DNA of 64,000 nt from an uncultured delta proteobacterium. Lineage in GTDB: Bacteria > Desulfobacterota > Binatia > UBA9968. Shown here piece after piece: positions 55,412 to 64,000 of this stretch. The stretch lies in NCBI GenBank assembly GCA_963847445.1, contig CAWJZV010000044.1, positions 1 to 64,000 of the forward strand, in the 5' to 3' direction. The position numbers and the translations under genes were made by a program. How positions within the stretch are numbered: the stretch's first letter is position 1; every line of letters begins with the position of its first letter. The notes beneath the pieces are model-generated. The model was not told where the DNA came from. It did not search any database and saw only the letters and a list, made by a program, of their open reading frames with translations.

Positions 55412-56588
55412 ATGCTGCAAGTATTTCTCAAGCCTAACCGCGATATGCCAATCCGCCGGGGCCATCCGTGGATATTTTCCGGCGCCATCGAGCGCTGCCA
55501 AGGCGACGATCAAATCGTCGACGTTGCCGATATCTTCGACAACAAGAAAAACTGGCTCGGCCGCGGCCTCTACAATCCCAAGTCAACGCTGCGCGTGCGC
55601 CTGCTCACCTGGAAAAAAGAGACCATCGATCAAGGCTTCTTTGCCAACCGCCTGGTCCAAGCGTTGGCCTTTCGCGCCGAGCAATTGGGCGCGGCCAATA
55701 ACGCCTACCGGCTGATCAACGGCGAGGGCGATCTTCTCCCCGGTCTGATCGTCGACCGCTACGCCGACTATTTCGTCTGCCAGTTCTACACCGCGGGCAT
55801 GGAGTCGTTCAAAGAAGAGATCGTTGCCGCATTGTCGGAGCTTTGCCCAGCGACCGGCATATTCGAGCGCAGCGAAGGCCGGGTGCGCGAAGAGGAAGGG
55901 CTCGAGGCTGTCGTTGGCGTACTTGCCGGTGAGCCGCCGCCGGAGACCCTCGCCACTCGAGGAGAATGGCCATAAATTCCTGGTCGACCTGCGGCGCGGG
56001 CAAAAAACCGGCTTCTTTCTCGATCAGCGCGACAGCCGGCAGTTTCTTTCGACCCTGACGCGCGGCCGCTCGGTGCTTAATTGCTTCGCCTATACCGGCG
56101 GCTTTTCGGTCTACGCCTATGCCGGCGGCGCCAAGGAAGTCGTCACTTTCGATTCGTCCATGCCGGCCTTGGAGCTGGCCGAGAAAAATTTGCAACTGAA
56201 TGGCTTCGCCGACGCGCCCGGCGAGGTCATCAAAGGCGATGCCTTTGCATACTTAAAAGAGACCGACGGCAAGTTCGACGTGATCGTCCTCGACCCGCCA
56301 TCGCTGGCGCACCGGCGCGGCGACCTGGACGCCGCCACCGGCGGCTATAAATTTCTAAACTTGCATGCGCTCAAGCATCTCAATCCCGGCGGTATCCTGC
56401 TGACCTTTTCCTGCTCGCAGCATCTACCGCGGGAGCTGTTTCAAAAAGTCGTTTTTGGCGCCGCCGTCGATGCCGGTAGAAAAGCTTCGATCATCAAACA
56501 ACTCGGCCATCCCATCGACCACCCGGTCAGTCTGCATCACCCCGAAGGCGAGTACCTCAAAGGGTTGGCGCTGCGAATGATGGATTGA
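55412..56588 (+). CDS. rlmI: RlmI-like SAM-dependent rRNA methyltransferase (frameshift near 55955)
   Basis: [49 protein letters not shown]. Confidence 0.85.
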
Positions 56589-56835
56589 TTCGACTTTTCG
56601 GGTAGTTGTCATACCCTGAGCGAAAGTGAAGGGCTCATCTCGAGAACTTTCGCAATATTGCGGAATGTCGAGATTTCTCGGCGAAGTCTATCCTGAACAG
56701 GTCGAAGGACCTCGACAGTGGTCGTGATTGGTTGAACCCGTCAACACACCCTTTGAGCCCTCGCGCTTAGTGTGGTAGACGAATCACGCAACTGCGGTCT
56801 CTCTGGCCGCGTTGACGCTGTGCCGCGAGGTGTTC

Positions 56836-57530
56836 ATGACCTTATCGTACACCATCAAAGAATGGCCCGAGGAAGACCGGCCGCGAGAAAAACTGCTCGC
56901 CAAAGGTGCGCCGGCTTTGAGCGAGACCGAGCTTTTGGCGATTATCTTGCGCAATGGCGACGCCGCCAGCGGCAACAGCGCCATCGACCATGCGCGGCTT
57001 CTGCTCAACCAATTCGGCGGACTTAAAGGGCATCGACGAAGCGGCGGTCGCCGAACTATGCAGCATCAAAGGCATCGGCCCGGCTAAAGTCGCCCAGCTC
57101 AAGGCTTGTCTGGAGATCGGCAAGCGCATCGGCAGCCAGAAATGGGAAACCGGCCAGCCGCTCCACTCCGCCGAACGATGTCTTTCAGCATTTCCGCGAA
57201 AGCCTCGGCCGGGAGAAGCGCGAATTTTTCTACGTCGTCCTGCTCGACAACAAAAACCGCAAGATGCGCGAGGTCAAAGTCTCCGAGGGATCGCTCACCG
57301 CGTCGCTGGTCCATCCGCGCGAGGTCTACAATCCGGTTATTCGAGAGTCCGCCGCCGGCGTCATCTTCGTGCACAATCATCCGAGCGGCGATCCGGCGCC
57401 GAGCCCCGAGGACATCGATATCACCAAACGGTTGAAAGACGTGGGCGATGTCATGGGCGTGCGCGTGCTCGACCATGTCGTGATCGGCCATGACCGCTAC
57501 TTTAGCTTCAACGAAAAAGGCCTGCTCTGA
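56836..57530 (+). CDS. radC: RadC/JAB domain protein (frameshifts)
   Basis: [46 protein letters not shown]. Confidence 0.9.
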
Positions 57531-57595
57531 TTCGACGGTTCCGACAGCAAGTAATTTTCCCCAGTGCTCGTAATCGTACCTGCGCCAGCCACTTT

Positions 57596-57621
57596 GTCAT
57601 TTCGACCGCAGGGAGAAATCT
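57596..57621. repeat. REP-like unit GTCATTTCGACCGCAGGGAGAAATCT
   Basis: Uninterrupted counterpart of the element split by the MITE at 43515-43677. Confidence 0.6.
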
Positions 57622-57747
57622 CTTCCGGTTTTCAGGCATCGATGCGAAATTGAGCCGGTGATACCGGTGGTTTTGATTGACATCATTACCGACGGCGTTT
57701 ATCTTGACTGGACAATCTCACAGCCTTTCTATATTCTTTAATATAAC

Positions 57748-59145
57748 ATGAGCGCACTCGAACTAGGCAGACCCAAGAGGAGCTTCGTCCCCGGGCCAGG
57801 CGTCATCTACACCGTGCTTCTCGCCATCGTCGTCGCCGGCGGTTACTTTCTCGTCCCGCGCTTCGAATGGCACAAACCGCAGATCAAGATTACCCCCGAC
57901 AGTGAAACCCTCGGCCTGGGAACGTTGCAGATCGAGGTCACCGAGCAAGGCACCGGGTTAAAATCATTTTCCGCGGTGCTCAATTCCGGCGGCACCGATT
58001 ATCCACTGGCATCCGAGCAGTACAGCGAACTGACGCTGCAAAAAAAACTCACCGTCATGCTATCGTCGAAACTCGCCGGCTTGAAGGAAGGTCCGGCGGT
58101 GCTGCGGGTCAGTGCCCGCGATAATTCGCTGTGGAACCTGTTTCGCGGCAACGAGACGGCGATTCAGAAAAACTTGACCATCGATATTACCCCGCCGACG
58201 CTGGAGATCATCGCCGACGACCGCTACGTCAACTTTGGCGGTGTCGGCATGATCGTTTACAAGCCTTCGCCGGACACGGTCGACGACCGGAATAAAGATC
58301 GGCAATTATTTTTTTCCCGGCTACAAGGGACAGATCACGAGCCAACCGGAACATTACGTCGCCTTTTTCGCCCATGCCTACAACGTCGGCGAGGATGAAC
58401 GAGCCGCGCTGGTCGCCACCGATAAAGCCGGCAACACGCGAGAGATGCGGCTTGCCTACACGCTCAAGAACGTCAAATACAAAAAGAGCACCCTGCAGAT
58501 CTCCGAAGATTTTCTCCGTAACAAAGTCACGCCGCTGTTAAACGACGTCGGCGCGCGCCAAGGCAGCCCCAAAGAGATCTTCGTCAAAGTAAACAAGGCG
58601 CTGCGCAAGGAAAACGAAGATAAAATCAAAGCGATCACCGAGAAATCGACGCCGTCAAAATCTGTGGGAAGGCGCCTTCAGCCAGCTCAGCAACTCCAAG
58701 GTCGAGGCCAACTTCGCCGACGCGCGCACCTACATTTACAACGACAGAAGAAATCGATCAGGCCTACCACCTAGGCTACGACCTGTCGGTGACCAAACAC
58801 TACCCGGCCGAAGCGGCGAATCATGGAGTCGTCGCCTTCGTCGGCGATCTGGGAATCTACGGCAACACGGTGATCATCGATCACGGCCTCGGCCTGTTCA
58901 CGCTTTATTCGCATCTGAGTTCCATCGACGTCAAAGTCGGCGACAAGGTCAAGCAAAGCCAGCCCATCGGCAAGACCGGCGAAACCGGCCTGGCCGGCGG
59001 CGATCACCTGCATTTCGGCGTCTATCTGCACGGCGTCGCGATCCTGCCGGTGGAATGGTGGGATCAGAAATGGATCAAGGACAACGTCCAGCCCAAGTTC
59101 GACGGCCAGACCGGCGAGAGCCACAGCACAAGCGCAAGAAAGTAA
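57748..59145 (+). CDS. M23 family metallopeptidase with N-terminal membrane anchor (several frameshifts)
   Basis: YHLGYD, GIYGNTVIIDHG, LYSHLS, GDHLHF. Confidence 0.85.
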
Positions 59146-59227
59146 ATCCCCCGCCAAAACGGCGCGTAAACGGCGCCGCTAAGTTAAGCGCCAGCGCATT
59201 GGCCCGCGCGACAATACTATTCTCCTG

Positions 59228-60449
59228 CTAGACGGAAAAGCCGGGTTTCAACGCGCGCCGTTGAATCAGCAGAACAAAGCAAATCAAGGACGCGAGCAGC
59301 GGGAATACCGCGATGGCGGTGACCGCGGTGGGCAGGCCGTATTGATCGGCGACGACGCCCGCCAAGAGCGGCGCTAAGAAAGACAGACCCATATTGGCGC
59401 CATAGATGAGCGCCACGATGCTGCCCGACAGCTGTTGCGGCGCCTCTGACATCGCCGCCGACACGATCACCGGCCGCAACGCCCAGAGCAACGCGCCCAA
59501 AGCCCCCAAGCCGGCAACTAGGACAGCCCCCGAACCCAAGTGCGGGATCGCCACCACCATAGCCACACTCAAGAGCGAAAACAGCACGATCAAATAACGA
59601 TGGCCGATGCGGTCGGAAACCCAACCGACGAGAGCCGGCGCCACCCCGGCGCAGAGAAACAAGATCGACATGTAAGCGCCGGTGACGGCGGCCGGCAATT
59701 GTAAATGCAACGCCAGATAGAGCGGCAGAAAAGACGCCAACGCCGTCTGCCCCATGGCGCGCAAGGTCGACACGGCGACGAGCCCGCAAACGGTTTTGTT
59801 CTTGAGCACGTCATTCCAGATCGCCTTGCGGTAGTCGCGGCCGCGCGGCACAGCGAGCATGCCTTCGGAGCCCGCCAGCGCGTAGATCGCGCCGACCAGC
59901 AACCCGGGAATCGCCCAGAACAGCAGCGCGGTGCGCCAATCGAAAAAATTGAGCATCAAGCCGATCGCCAACGGCCCGATGACCTCGCCGAGATTGGCGC
60001 TGCTATCATGCACGCCAAGAGCGAAAGCTTTCTGGGTGCGATACTTCTCGGACAAAATCGCCAACGACTGGGGATGAAACCAACCGCCGCCAAATCCGCC
60101 GAGCCCCATGAAAACCATCAACAGCGGGAAACTATACGACGCGCTCAAGCCTAACGATGCCACGCCGATCAAGGCGATACAGCCACCGAGCAACAGATTG
60201 CGCCGGCTCGCCAGGTCGGCGAAGAAAACCGGAAGGGAAACTCGCCACGCCAGCCATAAGCGTGCGGATCGATGCGAGGGCGCCGGCCTGCGACAGGCTC
60301 AGTCCCAACGACGCGGTGATCAGCGGTAAGATCACGCTGACCACGGCATTGAACAGATGCTCGGTCATATGCGCGGTGCAGTTGGCGGCAAGCCGGCCCC
60401 AGTTGGCGAGCGGCAAGCTTACAGCTTCAATATTTTCGGCTTTTGACAA
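59228..60449 (-). CDS. MFS transporter (frameshift near 60225)
   Basis: TM-rich; GWVSDRIG motif; N-terminus CTAHMTEH..ILPLI in adjacent frame. Confidence 0.85.
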
Positions 60450-60550
60450 ATGTTCGTCCTCGGAGGTTTCTCCGATTTCATATGCCGATTTTGCCTTCGT
60501 CGCAAGCTCAGTTCCCCAATTGAAACGAGGACAGCGCCGACGAAGCCGGA

Positions 60551-60777
60551 TCAATCGATCTCTATGTGCTTTTTTCGCGACGAGTGGCCGCGGACGATTC
60601 TTAGGGAGGATTTGGCAATGGCGAAGATATTCCGCCAAAGCTTCGATCACCGCGCGATTGGCTGCGCCGTCCTTGTGCCGGAGCACGGACCGCAACGCGA
60701 AATTCCGATTCCGAGATTTTCTCGACGCCGATATGGCGAGCGTTCGGCTTGACCGTGACCGAAAATTTCCGCGCCAT
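60551..60777 (-). CDS. DUF167/YggU family protein (frameshifts)
   Basis: VTVKPNA, APA.DG.ANRAVIEALA, IVRGHSSRKK. Confidence 0.75.
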
Positions 60778-60831
60778 GGCTAAGTCTAGCGCCAATTAGA
60801 AGTCGATCAATGCAGAGGTGAAGAAACCCGA

Positions 60832-61308
60832 TCAGCCGGCCTGTTTGTGCACCATCTCGAGCACTTGCTGGTAGGACTTGAGTAAATCGGTCGACGTCAC
60901 GATGCCGCAGACGGTGCCGTCGTCTTCCACCACCGGCAGGCAGTTGATTTTCTTCGAAATAATTTTTGAAACCGCATCGAGGATCGAGGTATGGCGCTTC
61001 ACCGTGACCGGGTTGCGCGTCATGATTTGATCGAGGGACTTTGACCGTGAATGCCCATCGCGCGCCATGGCCCGCAAAATGTCTCGATCGGAGATGACAC
61101 CACAAAGCTTACCCTGCATGTCGACCACGATACAGTGGCGAAAGTGGCGGTCCTTCATCAGCCGCACCGCATCGTCAAAACCGTGATGCGTGCTCAAAGT
61201 GACTACCTTGGCGATCATTACGTCGGCCACTTCAGTGGGACCAATAACCAACGAAAGCTCACGAGGAGGCGAGTCTTGGGACGATTTGCGGCTCTGGCTT
61301 TGAAGCAT
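60832..61308 (-). CDS. CBS-domain pair protein
   Basis: GVISDRD, IMTRNPVTV, LPVVE, GIVTSTD. Confidence 0.88.
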   Translation of the reverse strand: MLQSQSRKSSQDSPPRELSLVIGPTEVADVMIAKVVTLSTHHGFDDAVRLMKDRHFRHCIVVDMQGKLCGVISDRDILRAMARDGHSRSKSLDQIMTRNPVTVKRHTSILDAVSKIISKKINCLPVVEDDGTVCGIVTSTDLLKSYQQVLEMVHKQAG

Positions 61309-61651
61309 GGATTGCCCTCTCAATTGGCGTAGATTGCAGACTCTAACGGACGAACGGAAAGAATTTTAGCAATTCTCACACCATGCCCGCGCCGAGCCGG
61401 ACCGGCGCCATTCGGCGCAGCCAACGGTCGGCCAAATCAACATAGACTTCCAAGCAGTCCTGCAAGTGGCAAGCAAATGCCATGGAAGTGCCGACGAAGT
61501 CTGTGCAACGCCGCTCGAAGATGTCAACCAACGTGGGGAAAACCATCGGATTGACCGGTCTCGGGCAGGCCCAAGAATTTTCAAATCAGCTATCCCTCGC
61601 CTACAGCCCTATGTTAAAAAGTTATTCGACCGATCACTTGGAGGTTCTGGA

Positions 61652-62718
61652 ATGACGCTTATTCTCAGCAACGACGACGTTGACAAGGCGCTCAATGTGA
61701 AGGATTGCCTAACCATCATGGAGGAGTCTTACCGCGAACAGGCCGCAAGCCGCGCCGTCAACCGGCCCACTTGCCATTCCTATCTGCCCCACTGCGCTGC
61801 CCAACTCGACCTACAGTTTTAAGTCCGTCGACGGCGGCGTCGGCAAGTACGGGGTCTTGGCCTTGCGCGATAACCTCGGACGTCGTCCAGGAACAAGAAG
61901 TCCATGGCACGGTGCGCTTGGAAAAAATCCCGCTGGCGGGCAAGGGACTGTTCGTCGGTCTGGTGCAACTCTACAGCTCGGAGACCGGCGAACTGTTAGC
62001 CATCATGCCCGACGGCTTGATCCAGCAAACCCGCGTCGGCGTCACCAGCGCGCTCGGCATGAAAGTCATGGCGCAGAAAGAATTCCGCAGACCTTGGGCC
62101 TCATCGGCTCCGGCGGCCAGGCCAAAGCGCATTACCGCTACATGACCGCGGTGATGCCGATCAAAAAAGTCAAAGTCTTCAGCCCCAACGCCGGAACATC
62201 GCAAAGCCTTCGTCGCCGAGATGGAAAAGGAAACCGGTGTCGCCGGCGAACCGGTCGCCAGCCCGGAAGAAGCGGTACGCGGCTGCGACGTCATTTGCAG
62301 CGCTACCAATTCGTCGCGCCCGGTAGTCAAGGTCGATTGGCTCGAAGCCGGCATGCACTACAACTCGATCCGCGAGTTTGAAACCGATCTGGAAGTCCTA
62401 AACAAATGCGATCCCATCGCCATTCATACCCAGTTCGGCGGTATCCAGCACTATCAACCGCCGGGAATTGTCGAAGACATGCCCGGCGTGCGCCGCGAGA
62501 AACCGCGCGATTGGACTAAGTATCCCGAGATCTGCGATCTCATCGCCGGCAAAGTGCCGAGCCGGATCAACGACCAGCAGATTTCTTTCTTCTTAAATAA
62601 CGTCGGCACCGGCGTCCAGTTCGCCGCCATGGGTTTTTGCGCTTACAAAGCGGCCAAAGAGAACGGCATGGGCCATGAGATTCCCAGCGAGTGGTTTATG
62701 CAGGATATCAAGCCGTGA
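61652..62718 (+). CDS. Ornithine cyclodeaminase/mu-crystallin family protein (several frameshifts)
   Basis: LILSNDDV, TGELLAIM, LIGSGGQA, CSATNSSRPV, GTGVQFAA. Confidence 0.85.
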
Positions 62719-62760
62719 AATCGGATAAATTCGCATCGCGATCGTCTATCCGGTTCGCCA

Positions 62761-63791
62761 TCAATTTCTTGAGTCTGTCCGATCCACATCCTGCGGCTGA
62801 GACATCGACTTCGGCTGGCCAAGGCCTCTGAACTTCCTCGCCGGTGGTCGGGTCCATATCCAATCGTTTTTTCTTGGTCTCGGCGAGAAATCCGGGTCCT
62901 TCATCGTCTTGTTAAACGCCTCGCGCAGCATCTTCACCACTTCCGGCCGGATCTTCGGCGGCGCCATATAGGGGCGGTGAAATTCACCCGATGCCAGTAG
63001 CGCGGTGGCCAGGCGGCGGCCCAACTCCGGGGTTTTATATTTGTCCATCAGTTCGTAAATGGTCGGCACGTTGGCGAGCTTCTCGATCCTCGCTCTGCCG
63101 CCTTGAACCAGTTCGCGCGAAAAACCGTTCTTCCGCCAAGTAAGAAATGGCTCGCGAGAAAAATACGCTTCGGTGCTGAGCGAGCGGCAGACAATCTCGC
63201 CGCGCTCGACGCCGAGATCGATCTCATTACCGCCCTGATAACCGGATATGACATTGAACTTCGCGCTGACGGTCTCTTCCAAAAGTTTCGGCACGAAGTA
63301 GCCCATGTTGCTAAGCCCCGTGGTGCCGCATTTAGGCGGTTCTTTAGCGCTGCGCACGTCTTCGATAGTCTTGAACGGCGTGTCGGCGCGCATGTAGAGC
63401 ACCTGCGGCGACTTGGTCGCGTTGCCGATCCAATTGAACTTCGTCCAGTCGAATTTCACTTCGGCGCGACTGATCAGTTGCTCGAAATAAAGTCCCGCGT
63501 TGATCGCGCCCATCGTCAGACCATCCGGCTTGGCGATGTTGTAGACATAGTTGGCCGCGATCATATGGCCCGCGCCCGGCATGTTCTGCACCAAAACGTT
63601 GGGATTGCCCGGCAGAGTACTTGCCCATGAACAACGCGATCGCGCGCGCGTACAGGTCATAAAGATCGCCGGCGCCGGTGCCGACGATGATCGGTCAAGT
63701 TCTTTCCCTGGAAGTAGGGGGATTGGCCATGGGACGGATTAGCCAAGAATAAGTTGACGGCCACCAACAGCAGGACAAGTCTAAGCCTCAT
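62761..63791 (-). CDS. Bug/TTT-family substrate-binding protein (frameshifts)
   Basis: QNMPGAG, AKPDGLT, GYQGGNEIDLGVERGE; GGAGG RBS and signal peptide at 63791. Confidence 0.8.
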
Positions 63792-63850
63792 CGTTTCATC
63801 CTCCGCAGAGTTTCTTTAAACGAACTTTGAAACCTGGAACGAGTCATTGT

Positions 63851-64000
63851 CTACTCCGATAAGATTTTTTTCATGCGCTCGATGACATCGGGTGGCTGAT
63901 CCATGATCTCTTGCAGCTGCGCTTGCAGCTCCTCGCCGGTTGAAGGATCCATATCCATACGCCCCTTCTTGGCTTCAGCAATCAGCTCGGGATCCTTCAT
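63851..64000 (-). CDS. C-terminal part of another Bug/TTT-family binding protein (partial)
   Basis: MKDPELIAEAKKGRMDMDPSTGEELQAQLQEIMDQPPDVIERMKKILSE*. Confidence 0.7.
   Translation of the reverse strand: MKDPELIAEAKKGRMDMDPSTGEELQAQLQEIMDQPPDVIERMKKILSE

Overview
GC-rich bacterial chromosomal window. The profile (many orphan NMT1/SsuA-type, Fe-type and Bug/TTT solute-binding proteins, amidohydrolase, aldolase, VOC, FAH, dense REP-like intergenic repeats) suggests a soil Ca. Binatia/Deltaproteobacteria-like genome, but that is inference. Many genes, including housekeeping ones (trxB, moaC, pal, ettA, radC), carry single-base frameshifts, most likely long-read assembly errors. I saw no rRNA, tRNA or CRISPR array. 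The best candidate for an undescribed system is at 35.9-42.5 kb: four paralogous small exported proteins all ending in PAKGE, arranged as two lipoprotein + secreted pairs around a NarL/HisKA_3 two-component system, with a shared GACTTAAGTCCT upstream motif, an orphan Pal and a porin. Other points of interest are a TIR-transmembrane-exodomain protein, a GcvT + twin CrtI-like oxidoreductase + DCC1 cluster, an active/degenerate FAH pair, an apparent carboxyltransferase-dioxygenase fusion, two disarmed VapC toxins, a MITE nested inside a REP-like element, and a 1920-bp tandem duplication that is probably a strain-haplotype artefact.
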